Source: Actinomycetota bacterium (GTDB lineage: Bacteria > Actinomycetota > AC-67). Taken from it: a stretch of DNA of 64,000 bases. The position numbers and the translations under genes are program-made. Below the pieces are notes generated by a model. That model searched no databases, had not been told where the DNA came from, and saw only the letters and a program-made list of their open reading frames with translations. This document shows, piece by piece, positions 27,463-37,794 of the stretch. Within the stretch, counting starts at the first letter, position 1, and each line of letters opens with the position of its first letter. The stretch lies in the NCBI GenBank assembly GCA_041658565.1, contig JBAZZY010000010.1, positions 11,881 through 75,880 on the forward strand, in the 5' to 3' direction.

Positions 27463-28338
27463 TTAGCTCAGAGACTTCACTGCCAACTCGGCGGCCTCGG
27501 TGGGGTTGGTGCCCACCTTGATGCCGAAGGACTCGAAGGTTTCCTTCTTCGCCTTCGCCGTGCCCTTGGATCCGCTGACGATCGCGCCGGCGTGGCCCAT
27601 CCTCTTGCCTTCAGGCGCGGTGAACCCTGCGATGTACGCAGTTACCGGCTTGGTGACGTTCTCGGAGATGAACTTCGCAGCCTTCTCTTCTTCGTCGCCG
27701 CCGATCTCGCCGATCAGCACGATGGCCTCGGTCTCGGGGTCGGCCTGGAACAACTTCAATGTGTCGATGAAGTTCGTCCCGACGATCGGGTCTCCCCCGA
27801 TGCCGACGCAGGTGGACTGCCCGACGCCGGCCGAGAACATCTCGTACATGACCTGATAGGTCAGCGTCCCAGAGCGCGACACCAAACCGATGGGACCCTG
27901 TCCGGTGATCTCGCCGGGGATGATGCCGAGGTTCGCCTTGCCGGGAGAGATGAGACCCGGGCAGTTCGGACCGATGAGCGTCACGCCCTGCGCGCGCACG
28001 TACGGGTAGACCTCGGCCATGTCGCGGGCCGGGATTCCCTCGGTGATGCACACCACGAGCTGACATCCCGCAGCCACGGACTCCACGATCGCGTCGGCCG
28101 CGAAACGAGCCGGCACGAAGATGAGCGATGCATTCGCGCCTTCCTTGGCGACGGCGTCGGCGACGGTGTCGAACACCGGAACCTTGCCGTCGATCGCGGT
28201 CTGGCCGCCCTTGCCCGGCGTCACGCCCGCGACGATGTTGGTGCCGTACTCAATGTTGCGCCGAGTGTGGAACGTTCCTTCCGAGCCCGTGATGCCCTGC
28301 ACCACAACGCGCGTGTTCTGATCGAGCAGGATGCTCAC
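27463..28338 (-). CDS. sucD: Succinyl-CoA synthetase alpha subunit
   Basis: RVVVQGITGSEGTFHT…MGHAGAI (catalytic His loop). 291 aa. Confidence 0.95.
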   Translation of the reverse strand: MSILLDQNTRVVVQGITGSEGTFHTRRNIEYGTNIVAGVTPGKGGQTAIDGKVPVFDTVADAVAKEGANASLIFVPARFAADAIVESVAAGCQLVVCITEGIPARDMAEVYPYVRAQGVTLIGPNCPGLISPGKANLGIIPGEITGQGPIGLVSRSGTLTYQVMYEMFSAGVGQSTCVGIGGDPIVGTNFIDTLKLFQADPETEAIVLIGEIGGDEEEKAAKFISENVTKPVTAYIAGFTAPEGKRMGHAGAIVSGSKGTAKAKKETFESFGIKVGTNPTEAAELAVKSLS

Positions 28339-29496
28339 GATGCCCTCCGCTTCTTGGCAAGTGCGACCGCCTTGGCGGCGGCTTCCAGCATGGTCGCGGC
28401 CGGCACGACCATGTCGTGGTTGCGCTCGGCCAGGATCGCGCGACCGGCTTCGGCATTGGTGCCGTCCAGTCGCACGACGATCGGAACCTTCACGCCGCCG
28501 AGCAAGTCAATGGCCGCGAGGATTCCCTTGGCAACTTCATCGCAGCGAGTGATGCCGCCGAAGATGTTGACCATGAGCGACTTCACTTTGCGGTCGGACA
28601 AGATCACGCCGATCGAGTTGGCCATGACCTCCGCGTTCGCGCCTCCACCGATGTCGAGGAAGTTCGCGGGCTTCCCGCCGGCTTGGGCGACGACATCGAG
28701 CGTGGACATCGTCAGTCCCGCGCCGTTGCCGATCACGCCGACGAATCCGTCCAGGCTCACCCAGTTGCCGAGCCCCTTCTCCTTCGCCGCGCGCTCCTGC
28801 TTGGAAAGGCCGCTGCTGTCCTCGTACTTCTCAAAGTCCGCGTGACGGTAAAACGCGTTCTCGTCGAGCGAGACCTTCGCGTCGAGCGCGATCGCCTCAC
28901 CGGTTGACGTGAGCACCAGCGGGTTGACTTCGACCAGCGAAGCGTCCGACTCCACGAACGCGGTGTAGAGCTTGGCAAGCAGCGCGCCGACGGCCTTGTG
29001 CGCCGAGGTGGGGATCTTGCCTCCGTAGAGCATCGCGCGGATGTGCGACGGCTTCAGCCCGACGAGTGGATCGATGTGCACCTTCGCCAGGAACTCGGGC
29101 TCCTCGGCCGCGACCTGCTCGATGTCCATGCCACCCTTGACGCTGCACATCCCAAGGTAGGCCTTCGCGCCACGGTCGAGCATGAACGACGCGTAGAACT
29201 CGGAGGCGATATCGCCCGCGCGCTCGATCAGGACTTCGCGGACCTTGTGGCCCTTGATGTCCATCCCGAGGATCTCGCCGGCGTACTGCGCGGCTTCCGC
29301 CGGGGTCTTGGCAAGCTTGACGCCGCCGGCCTTGCCGCGACCGCCGACCTTCACCTGTGCCTTGACGACGACCGGACCGCCGAACTTCTCGGCGATCTGA
29401 CGCGCCTTCTCCGCACCGCGGGCCGGCTTGCCCTCTGGTACAGGAATCCCGAACTTCTTGAACACTTGTTTACCTTGGTACTCCGTTAGGTCCACT
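28335..29496 (-). CDS. sucC: Succinyl-CoA synthetase beta subunit (GTG start)
   Basis: [20 protein letters not shown]… ATP-grasp N-terminus and CoA-ligase C-terminus. The long 683-aa ORF is an in-frame upstream extension. GTG at 29496 gives about 387 aa. Confidence 0.9.
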
Positions 29497-29889
29497 AGGC
29501 AGCGCTCCCTATTGTCTTGCGTAGCCACTCGACGATCTCGGACGTCGCCGCCCCTGGAGTGAAGATCGCAGCGATCCCCTTCTCTTGAAGCACGGCAATG
29601 TCTTCCTTGGGAATGATGCCGCCGCCGAAGACGATGACGTCGTTGACGCCGCGTTCGCGGAGCAGATCCAGCACCTTGGGAAACAGCGTCATGTGCGCGC
29701 CCGAGTGAATCGACAGGCCGACGGCGTCGGCGTCCTCTTGAATAGCGGTCTCCACGATCTGCTCGGGAGTCTGGTGAAGGCCGGTGTAGATGACCTCCAT
29801 CCCGGCGTCGCGCAACGCGCGCGCGACGACCTTGGCTCCTCGATCGTGCCCGTCGAGTCCCGGCTTGGCGACGACGACGCGGATCTTTC
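29495..29889 (-). CDS. Stand-alone cobalamin-binding domain protein (methylmalonyl-CoA mutase small/C-terminal subunit-like)
   Basis: [36 protein letters not shown] is the B12-binding signature (DxHxxG). GGAGG sits 8 nt upstream of the GTG at 29889. About 131 aa. The ORF extends to 29970. Confidence 0.75.
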
Positions 29890-29978
29890 CTGCAGGCACG
29901 GCGGCCTCCGTTTGTCCTGTCGGGTTCTGCCGGTGATGATACGGGCGCTTGTGAAAGCGCCGCAAAATAGGGGAATCC

Positions 29979-31484
29979 ATGAATCCGACGACCGCGCGCG
30001 ACTGGCTCGATTTGGTACTGGACCCCGGCTGGGTCGAAATCGACGGCGACGTCGTCTCGGCGGACCCGCTGGGGTTCCCCGGATACAGCGCGCAACTCGC
30101 GCGCGCCCGCGCAGCCACAGGCACGACCGACTCGGTCCTCACCGCCTCCGGCGCCGTAGACGGCAAGCCGATCCTCGCCATCTCCTTCGAGTTCGCCTTC
30201 CTCGGCGGCTCGATGGGCGTGGCGACCGGGGAGCGCGTTGCCAGGGTCTTCGAGCGCGCGGCGGATGAGCGCACCCCGGTACTCGCGCTGACGGCGAGCG
30301 GCGGCGCGCGCATGCAAGAAGGCATGTTGGCGCTGGCGACCATGCCGGGAACGCTTGCGGCGCGCGAACTCCTCGCCGCCGCGCACATTCCGTTCATCGC
30401 GTACCTGCGCAACCCGACGACCGGCGGGGTATTCGCGTCTTTCGCCTCAAGCGCCGACCTCGTGTGGGCGCAGCCTGGGGCGACCATCGGCTTCGCCGGT
30501 CCGCGCGTTTCCGAGACCGTCACCGGAGAGCCTTTGCCGGAAGGATCCCACACCGCGGAGTCGGCGCTCGACGCTGGGTTGGTGGACGCCCTGGTCGAAC
30601 CGGCCGAGGTGCGCGCGCGCCTAGCGCGCGCCCTTTCGGCCCTAGCCCCCGCCTCCACCCGAAAGGCACGCCTGCTGGGGGACCTCGCACCTCTGAATAA
30701 CTCCCCCACCGGGGGCTCTGGACACCCCGAGCCCCCCGCGGCGACGGCGATCGGTGCGTGGGAGCACGTGGTGCGCGCGCGTCGCGCTGATCGCCCCACC
30801 GGAACCGACTACGCCGGGATCTTCGAGCCGCTTCGCCGCGGCGGCATCGACCCCACCATCGTCACCGGGCTCGCGACCGTCGGGAGCGAATGCGTCGTCG
30901 CGATCGCACAGAACCGGTTTGCGGAGCACGGGCGCCCCACACCGGCGGGGTACCGGCGCGCGCGCGAGGCAATCGCGACCGCGGAGCGACTTGGGCTGCC
31001 AATCGTGACCTTCGTCGATACCCCGGGCGCCGATCCGGGAGCGGCCTGCGAGCGCGACGGGATCGCACGCGAGATCTCGCTCACGTTCTCGGCACTGCTG
31101 CGCGCGACGGTTCCCACGGTGGCGTGCGTCGTAGGCGAGGGTGGCAGCGGCGGAGCGCTCGCGCTCGCGACCTGCGATCGCATCCTCATCCAGGAGAATG
31201 CGATCTTCTCGGTCATCGCCCCGGAGGGCGCCGCAAGCATCTTGCGGCGTGACGACATCGAGGCCGTCGCACGTGAGCTTCGCCTGACGGCCGACGATCT
31301 CGCCGGCCTCGGGCTGGCCGACGCCGTGGTTCCGGAACCGGCGGGCGGAGCACACATGGACCCGGCAGGCGCGCGCGCGCAAGTCCAAAACGCAATCCTT
31401 TGGGCCTGCATTGCAGCGGCCGAGGGGCCGCATCCGGACCCGGTACGAAGGACGCGGTGGCGCGCGGCGGGGAGTCCGAAGTGA
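29979..31484 (+). CDS. Acetyl/propionyl-CoA carboxylase carboxyltransferase, fused beta (AccD-like) and alpha (AccA-like) domains
   Basis: N-terminal half has beta-subunit motifs (…[12 protein letters not shown]…). C-terminal half has alpha-subunit motifs ([42 protein letters not shown]…[12 protein letters not shown]). Confidence 0.8.
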   Translation: MNPTTARDWLDLVLDPGWVEIDGDVVSADPLGFPGYSAQLARARAATGTTDSVLTASGAVDGKPILAISFEFAFLGGSMGVATGERVARVFERAADERTPVLALTASGGARMQEGMLALATMPGTLAARELLAAAHIPFIAYLRNPTTGGVFASFASSADLVWAQPGATIGFAGPRVSETVTGEPLPEGSHTAESALDAGLVDALVEPAEVRARLARALSALAPASTRKARLLGDLAPLNNSPTGGSGHPEPPAATAIGAWEHVVRARRADRPTGTDYAGIFEPLRRGGIDPTIVTGLATVGSECVVAIAQNRFAEHGRPTPAGYRRAREAIATAERLGLPIVTFVDTPGADPGAACERDGIAREISLTFSALLRATVPTVACVVGEGGSGGALALATCDRILIQENAIFSVIAPEGAASILRRDDIEAVARELRLTADDLAGLGLADAVVPEPAGGAHMDPAGARAQVQNAILWACIAAAEGPHPDPVRRTRWRAAGSPK

Positions 31485-31639
31485 CATCCCCCACGAAGCG
31501 TCACAACAAGAGAGTCCGGCCACCCAGGAAGATCGTTCGCCCAGGTCGAATGGGGCCACAGTGGATCATCGGCTCCATCGCCCTGGCGGCGGTCATCCTG
31601 GTCACAGGGATCCTGCTACTGGTGGTTCAGCCTCGATAA
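31481..31639 (+). CDS. Small basic membrane protein (about 52 aa, single TM); doubtful
   Basis: …RPGRMGPQWIIGSIALAAVILVTGILLLVVQPR. Overlaps the accDA stop. Confidence 0.25.
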   Translation: MTSPTKRHNKRVRPPRKIVRPGRMGPQWIIGSIALAAVILVTGILLLVVQPR

Positions 31640-31663
31640 CCGCGCTTCGGGTCAGCGCCCAAG

Positions 31664-32596
31664 TTGCCGATAGACTCCGCAGGTAGCAACGGGTATGCGG
31701 AGGACGCAACGATGATGAAGCCCGACCTCGACCGGGTTCGCGACGACGCCGTCGCGGCGAGCCGAGTCCTGAAGCGTGCAGCGCTACGTCCGCGCACGTA
31801 TCCGGGATTCGCTCGCGAAATCGCTCGGGTCGGCATGCACCTTGCCATGTATCCCGCCGGCGTGGTGTCCGACGCGCTCAAGATCGACAACGTCGTGCGC
31901 CTCGGCGATGGCTACAACTCGCGAACTCCGCTGCGCTACCTCGAACCTGAAGCAGCGTCCATGCCGATCATTCTGGTCCACGGCGCAATGCACAATCAAA
32001 GTGCTTTCACGGCCATCAAGCGCGCACTGCGGCGCTACGGCTTCCGCAACGTCTACACGATGAACTACAACATGATCGGCCGCGATGTCGAGCAACTGGC
32101 CGCGCAGTTGTCCAAACACGTTCAAGAGATCATGCACCGCACGCAAGCGTTGGGCGTGCATCTAGTCTGCCACTCGCTCGGCGGCGTCGTCGCGCGCTAC
32201 TACATCCAGGAACTCGGCGGCGACGAGTTCGTACACACGTGCGTGACTATCGGCTCGCCGCACAAGGGAACCCACGCAGCGCTTGTCGGACGAGGGGCGA
32301 TGCGCCAACTCCGGCCGCACTCACCCCTGTACGACCAACTTGCTCGCTCGACACGCGAGATGCCGGTGAAGTGGGTGTGCTTCTACTCGAACCTGGATTC
32401 GCTTGTCTTGCCGTCCTCAAACGCCAAGCTCGAAGAGCCCGAACTACACGCGACAAACATCCTGGTCAAAGACCATGGGCACTTGAGTCTGCTGTCGTCG
32501 CGGGCCGTCATTCGCCGGATCGCCGACGCACTGGCACGCATGGGGGATGAGAAGCCGGTCGACCAAGCACCTGAAACGGTGACGCACCGCGCCTGA
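31664..32596 (+). CDS. Alpha/beta-hydrolase lipase/esterase (PGAP1/triacylglycerol-lipase-like)
   Basis: GxSxG nucleophile elbow VCHSLGGVVARYY. ILVHGAMHNQSAF upstream. Start could be 31711 (MMKPDL). Confidence 0.7.
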   Translation: MPIDSAGSNGYAEDATMMKPDLDRVRDDAVAASRVLKRAALRPRTYPGFAREIARVGMHLAMYPAGVVSDALKIDNVVRLGDGYNSRTPLRYLEPEAASMPIILVHGAMHNQSAFTAIKRALRRYGFRNVYTMNYNMIGRDVEQLAAQLSKHVQEIMHRTQALGVHLVCHSLGGVVARYYIQELGGDEFVHTCVTIGSPHKGTHAALVGRGAMRQLRPHSPLYDQLARSTREMPVKWVCFYSNLDSLVLPSSNAKLEEPELHATNILVKDHGHLSLLSSRAVIRRIADALARMGDEKPVDQAPETVTHRA

Positions 32597-32598
32597 GA

Positions 32599-33057
32599 CT
32601 ACTCGTCCCCGCTGCTGCGACGACCCGGACGCTGCAAACGCCGCTCGACCGGCTTGAGCGCAAGCGAAACCAACACGATGCCGACGGCGGTCCCGGCTCC
32701 CACGTAGAAGCCGAAGCCCACAGCAAGTCCCACCGCGGCCGTCACCCACAGGCTCGTCGCGGTGGTCAGCCCTCGAACGGACCCCCCGTGACGCAGGATC
32801 GCACCTCCGCCGATGAACCCGATGCCGACCACGACCTGTGCGGCGATGCGAGTGGGGTCGATCCCGGCCACCGAAGTTCCCGCAGGGCCGAGAAACCCGT
32901 AGACCGACACCAAGGTGAACAAACACGCGCCGACAGAAACCAGCGTGTGGGTTCGAAGCCCCGCGGGGTGATCACGTAACTCGCGCTCCAGCCCTACCAG
33001 GGCGCCGAGCACACCGGCCACCAAGAGCCGGAAGACAACGTCGAAGTCGCCGATCAT
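32599..33057 (-). CDS. MgtC/SapB-family membrane protein
   Basis: ALVGLERELRDHPAGLRTHTLVSVGACLF is the MgtC signature. Confidence 0.8.
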   Translation of the reverse strand: MIGDFDVVFRLLVAGVLGALVGLERELRDHPAGLRTHTLVSVGACLFTLVSVYGFLGPAGTSVAGIDPTRIAAQVVVGIGFIGGGAILRHGGSVRGLTTATSLWVTAAVGLAVGFGFYVGAGTAVGIVLVSLALKPVERRLQRPGRRSSGDE

Positions 33058-33677
33058 CTCTCGGGAAGCACGAGGTCCCAGCCGGGTCGGATCACATCGG
33101 GGTTGAGAAACCGAGAGCCGGCCTCAAGCGAGCGGCCTCGGTTACGTTCCCAGATATCCGGCCAGCGCGTGGGATCGCCAAGTTCCCGCCCGGCGATCCT
33201 CCACAACGAGTCCCCCGGGGCCACGGCGACTGAGGGCACCGCTGAAGCAGCAATCGGAGCGACAACCGTCGAAGGCGCGACCACACGAGAAACCGTCACC
33301 GAACGGCCCGGCACGGGCTGCACGGTCGCGGTGCCCCGAGCCGCCGCAGTCACAAGCGTCATCGCCAGCAGGACGACAAGCGCGGCCGCGGTTCCAAGGC
33401 GGCCTCCAAGTCTGCGTCGACTACGGCGCGCCGGAATCGGGGCGGGGAACACCCCCACAGCGGCCTTCGCCGGAGCAGGAGCAGGAGCCCGCGCCTCGGC
33501 CGCAAGCCGGGGAGCCGGAGTGAAATCGACCCGAGAATCGGCCTCCCAGGCTTCCAGCGCACGCGAAACCGCGTCCGAGGACAAGGGCACGCCGACGACG
33601 TGTCGATCGGCCTTGAGCAAATGCAGTGCGGGTGCGTGCCGGACGTCAACGCCAACAAGGAGCGCCTCGCCGTTCAT
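33054..33677 (-). CDS. Membrane-anchored LysM-domain protein
   Basis: Single TM segment. C-terminal LysM-like VAPGDSLWRIAGRELGDPTRWPDIWERNRG…IRPGWDLVLP. Confidence 0.65.
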   Translation of the reverse strand: MNGEALLVGVDVRHAPALHLLKADRHVVGVPLSSDAVSRALEAWEADSRVDFTPAPRLAAEARAPAPAPAKAAVGVFPAPIPARRSRRRLGGRLGTAAALVVLLAMTLVTAAARGTATVQPVPGRSVTVSRVVAPSTVVAPIAASAVPSVAVAPGDSLWRIAGRELGDPTRWPDIWERNRGRSLEAGSRFLNPDVIRPGWDLVLPER

Positions 33678-33879
33678 GGTTTCCCCTTCTTCTTTGGGGT
33701 TGGTCCACCGACGGTTCGCTCCGCTTCGCTATGTCCGAAACCGTGCCTGCGGGGAACCCCCGACAGAACGCCCAGTCACGGACAGGCTCCACTTTAGGAA
33801 CACGAGTTAACAAGTCAAGCATCCTGGAACTTCACTCACACCACGATGCGTGAGCGTTCAACCACGGACAGTGGCCGGG

Positions 33880-36141
33880 CTACGCCTTCTTCAGAGGGGC
33901 GTAGGCGAGCAAGAGGCGCTTGGCGCCTTCTCCGGGGAAGTTCACCGTCGCCTCAGCGTTTGTTCCCGAGCCGCCGACCGACACGACGATCCCTCGTCCG
34001 AACCGGTCGTGGAAGACCTCTTCTCCAACCGTGACGTGAAGCGCCGTGCCGGGTCCGGTCGAGGCGCGCGCCGGAGCCACGTGGGCGCGCGCGGGCACGG
34101 ACGGCGCGCGCGCCGCGGGAACCGACGATCGCCCCCCAAATGAACTCGGGGCGACGGACACGGGCTCGTCCTCTTCGCCAATGTCCTCGAGCAAGCCCTC
34201 GGGGATCTCGGCGAGAAATCTCGACGGGGGGTTGTAGTTGGTGCCGCCCCACAGGGTCCGGCACCACGCGTGGGTCAGCACGAGGCGCTCGCGCGCGCGC
34301 GTGATCCCGACGTAGCACAGGCGCCGCTCCTCCTCGAGCTGATCCGGGTCCGTCATCGAGCGGATGTGAGGGAAGATCCCCTCCTCCAATCCAGTCACGA
34401 AGACCACGGGGAACTCCAGCCCCTTGGCGTTGTGCAGGGTCATCATGGTGACCCTTCCCTCGTCGGCGACGACCTCGTCGGCGTCGCTCACCAGTGACAC
34501 CTGCTCAAGGAACCCGCGCGCGCCGCCTTCGGGGTTCTCCGCGGCGTACGTCGCCGCCGTTCCGACCAACTCCTGCAAGTTCTCGATTCGGCCCTGGGAC
34601 TCGATGGTGTTCTCGGCTTCGAGTTCGGCGAGATACCCGCTGGCCTCGATCGCGCGCTGGAGCATCTCGGACGGCCCGGCGTCGGCCTCGGCCATTTCGC
34701 GCAGCGAGCGTGCGAGGGAGCCGAACTCGGTAACGGCGCCGCGTGCGCGCGCCGACAACCCCGACTCGTCCACGCGGTCGACCGCGTCGCTCACGGTGAC
34801 GCCCTGGGCGCGCGCGAACTGCACGAGGGTTGCGACCGTCTGATCCCCAATCCCGCGCTTGGGAACGTTGACGATCCGGCGCAGCGACACCTCGTCGGCA
34901 GGGTTGACCGCCAGGCGCAAATACGCGAGCGCGTCCTTGACCTCCTTGCGCTCGTAGAACTTCAGCGACCCGATGATTCGGTAAGAGATCCCGAAGCGAG
35001 TGAAGGCTTCTTCCAGAGCGCGCGACTGCGCGTTGGTCCGGTAGAACACCGCGACATCGCCGAACGCGCGATCTTCCTCGTCACGAAGTCGATCGATCTC
35101 GCGGCCGACGAAGGTCGCCTCGTCTCGCTCGTCGTCGGCATGAAAGCGGACGATCGGCTGCCCCTCCCCCGCGTCGGTCCACAGGTTCTTGGGCTTGCGC
35201 TGGCGATTGTGCTCGATCACCGCGTTCGCAGCCGAAAGGATCGTCTGCGTCGAGCGGTAGTTCTGCTCGAGCACCACCACGCGCGCGTCGGGAAACACGT
35301 CTTCGAAACGCAGCACGTTGCGGAAGTCGGCGCCGCGGAAGGCGTACACACTTTGGTCGGCGTCGCCGACGACGCAGATGTTGCGGTCCCTCCCGGCGAG
35401 CATTCGCACCAGTTCGAACTGCGCAGCGTTGGTGTCCTGGAATTCGTCGATGAGCACGTGCCGGAAGCGATCCTGGTACTGCTCCAACACATCGGGGAAC
35501 AAGCGGAACAGATGCACGACGTTCAGGATCATGTCATCGAAGTCCATCGCATTCGCCTTGCGCAACCGCTCCTGATACATGCGATAGACGTCTGCGATCT
35601 GACGCTCCAGGAAGTTCGACGCGCGCTCGGCGAACGCGTCCTCGTCGAGCATCTCGTCCTTGGCGCGGCCGATGGCATTCGCGAACGAGCGCACCGGGAA
35701 GCGCTTGAGGTCGACCTCCAACTCGCGCATGCAGTACGCCAGCAGACGCTCCGAGTCGCCCGAGTCGTAGATCGTGAAGTTGGACGTGTAGCCCAGGCGC
35801 ACGCCCTCGCGACGAAGGATGCGGCCACACGCCGCGTGGAAAGTCATGACCCACATCGCCGTCCCCAGCCGGTCCCCGACCAGACGTCCGACGCGCTCGC
35901 GCATCTCTTGCGCGGCCTTGTTGGTGAAGGTGATCGCCAGCACCGAGAACGGCGAGGCGCCGCGCGCGCGGATCAGGTGCGCAATCCGATGAGTAAGCAC
36001 CCGGGTCTTCCCCGAGCCCGCTCCGGCAACAATGAGCAGCGGGCCGTCGCCATACTCGACGGCCTCTCGCTGACCGGGATTCAGTCCACCGAGCAATGCA
36101 TCGCCCGCGGAGAACAAGGGGGTGGGTTCCACTGTCGCCAT
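33880..36141 (-). CDS. pcrA: ATP-dependent DNA helicase PcrA/UvrD family
   Basis: Motif I LIVAGAGSGKTRVLTHRIAHL, motif II VLIDEFQDTN, motif VI VGITRAR. 753 aa. Confidence 0.9.
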   Translation of the reverse strand: MATVEPTPLFSAGDALLGGLNPGQREAVEYGDGPLLIVAGAGSGKTRVLTHRIAHLIRARGASPFSVLAITFTNKAAQEMRERVGRLVGDRLGTAMWVMTFHAACGRILRREGVRLGYTSNFTIYDSGDSERLLAYCMRELEVDLKRFPVRSFANAIGRAKDEMLDEDAFAERASNFLERQIADVYRMYQERLRKANAMDFDDMILNVVHLFRLFPDVLEQYQDRFRHVLIDEFQDTNAAQFELVRMLAGRDRNICVVGDADQSVYAFRGADFRNVLRFEDVFPDARVVVLEQNYRSTQTILSAANAVIEHNRQRKPKNLWTDAGEGQPIVRFHADDERDEATFVGREIDRLRDEEDRAFGDVAVFYRTNAQSRALEEAFTRFGISYRIIGSLKFYERKEVKDALAYLRLAVNPADEVSLRRIVNVPKRGIGDQTVATLVQFARAQGVTVSDAVDRVDESGLSARARGAVTEFGSLARSLREMAEADAGPSEMLQRAIEASGYLAELEAENTIESQGRIENLQELVGTAATYAAENPEGGARGFLEQVSLVSDADEVVADEGRVTMMTLHNAKGLEFPVVFVTGLEEGIFPHIRSMTDPDQLEEERRLCYVGITRARERLVLTHAWCRTLWGGTNYNPPSRFLAEIPEGLLEDIGEEDEPVSVAPSSFGGRSSVPAARAPSVPARAHVAPARASTGPGTALHVTVGEEVFHDRFGRGIVVSVGGSGTNAEATVNFPGEGAKRLLLAYAPLKKA

Positions 36142-36205
36142 TATCGCCGACCCGCTCGGGGCGCGCGCCGCCTCGGAATCAACTCGGCGGCCCCACTTGC
36201 GGGCG

Positions 36206-37750
36206 CTACTCCCACTCGATGGTCGCCGGAGGCTTCGACGTGATGTCGTACGCCACGCGGTTGACGCCCGGAACTTCGGCGATGATCCTCGACGCCATTC
36301 GCTCCAACAGGTCGTAGGGCAGACGAGCCCAGTCGGCCGTCATCGCGTCTTCGCTCGTGACCGCCCGGATGACGATCGGGTGCGCGTACGAGCGTTCGTC
36401 ACCCATGACGCCGACGGTACGCACATCGGGCAAGATCGCAAAAGACTGCCACAACTCGCGCATCAGTCCCGCTTTGCGAACCTCGTCGAGCACGACCGCG
36501 TCTGCTCCGCGCAAGATCTCCAGCTTCTCCGCGTCCACATCACCAATCACGCGAATCGCAAGGCCCGGCCCCGGAAACGGTTGCCGCCAGACGATCTCGT
36601 CGGGAAGCCCCATCTCCTCACCGATCGCCCGAACTTCGTCCTTGAACAAATTGCGCAAAGGCTCGACGAGTTCGAAGTCCATGTCCTCGGGGAGACCGCC
36701 GACGTTGTGGTGGCTCTTGATCTTGGCTGCGTCGCGCGTGCCGGACTCGATGATGTCGGGGTACAGCGTCCCTTGGACCAAGAAGCGCGCGCCGGCGAGA
36801 TCGGTGCGAGCGACTTCCTCGAACACCCGGATGAACTCCTCGCCGATCGCCTTACGTTTGCGCTCGGGGTCACTGACGCCGGCCAGCCGCCCGAGGAAAC
36901 GATCCTGCGCCTTCACGTGGATCAAGTTGATTCGGAAGAGGCGCCGGAAGGTCTCCTCCACCTGTTCGGCCTCACCAGCCCGCAGGAGTCCGTGGTCGAC
37001 GAAGATGCACGTGAGGTTGTCGCCGACGGCCTTGTGCACCAGCACCGCGGCCACCGAAGAATCCACGCCGCCGGAGAGCCCGCATACGATGCGCTCACTC
37101 CCCACGCGTTCGCGAACCTCGCGCACGGCTTCTTCGATGATCGAGACGCGAGTCCACACCGGCCGCGCGTCGCAGGCTTCGTAGAGGAAGTTCTTGAGCA
37201 GATCGAGTCCGCGCGGCGTGTGCGCAACCTCAGGGTGGAACTGAACTCCGTACAACCCCCGCGCGCGATCTTCGAACCCCGCCACGGGCGAGGACTCAGA
37301 CGAAGCCGTCACCTGGAAGCCCTCGGGCGCGCGCACGACGACATCGCCGTGACTCATCCAAACCGTCTGCTGCTCCGGCAACCCCTTGAACAGCGAAGGC
37401 GTACCGAGCACCTGCAGGTCGGTCTTGCCGTACTCACGGGTACCGGTCTTGGCGACCTCGCCACCGAGGGCCTTGGCCATGGCCTGCTGCCCGTAGCAGA
37501 TACCAAGCACAGGAATGCCCAGCTCAAAGAACTCGGGGTTCACGGCCGGAGCACCCGCCGAATAGACGCTCGCCGGACCGCCCGACAAGATCAGCCCGCG
37601 CGGCGCGCGGCGGCGGATCTCATCGACGGGAACGTCGTGAGGAAGGATCTCGGAGTAAACCTTGCACTCGCGAACGCGGCGCGCGATCAGTTGTGCGTAC
37701 TGCGCGCCGTAATCGATCACGAGAACGGAATCAAAGGAGGATGCGTCCAC
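36206..37750 (-). CDS. guaA: GMP synthase (glutamine-hydrolysing)
   Basis: GATase N-terminus (LVIDYGAQY…ICYGQQ) and PP-loop SGGVDSSV. Confidence 0.95.
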   Translation of the reverse strand: MDASSFDSVLVIDYGAQYAQLIARRVRECKVYSEILPHDVPVDEIRRRAPRGLILSGGPASVYSAGAPAVNPEFFELGIPVLGICYGQQAMAKALGGEVAKTGTREYGKTDLQVLGTPSLFKGLPEQQTVWMSHGDVVVRAPEGFQVTASSESSPVAGFEDRARGLYGVQFHPEVAHTPRGLDLLKNFLYEACDARPVWTRVSIIEEAVREVRERVGSERIVCGLSGGVDSSVAAVLVHKAVGDNLTCIFVDHGLLRAGEAEQVEETFRRLFRINLIHVKAQDRFLGRLAGVSDPERKRKAIGEEFIRVFEEVARTDLAGARFLVQGTLYPDIIESGTRDAAKIKSHHNVGGLPEDMDFELVEPLRNLFKDEVRAIGEEMGLPDEIVWRQPFPGPGLAIRVIGDVDAEKLEILRGADAVVLDEVRKAGLMRELWQSFAILPDVRTVGVMGDERSYAHPIVIRAVTSEDAMTADWARLPYDLLERMASRIIAEVPGVNRVAYDITSKPPATIEWE

Positions 37751-37794
37751 GGTGCGCGCAGTATAACGCTCGCGTGCCCGGGCCGAATCGGCCG

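Noticed and set aside
28335-30386. 683-aa ORF extending sucC far upstream
   Set aside because: The SucC homology begins at the GTG at 29496. The upstream extension is stop-free high-GC read-through and overlaps the B12-domain gene in another frame.
31400-31639. 79-aa ORF overlapping the accDA 3' end
   Set aside because: Most of it lies inside accDA in another frame. Only a possible about 52-aa GTG-initiated C-terminal part is retained, as a low-confidence feature.
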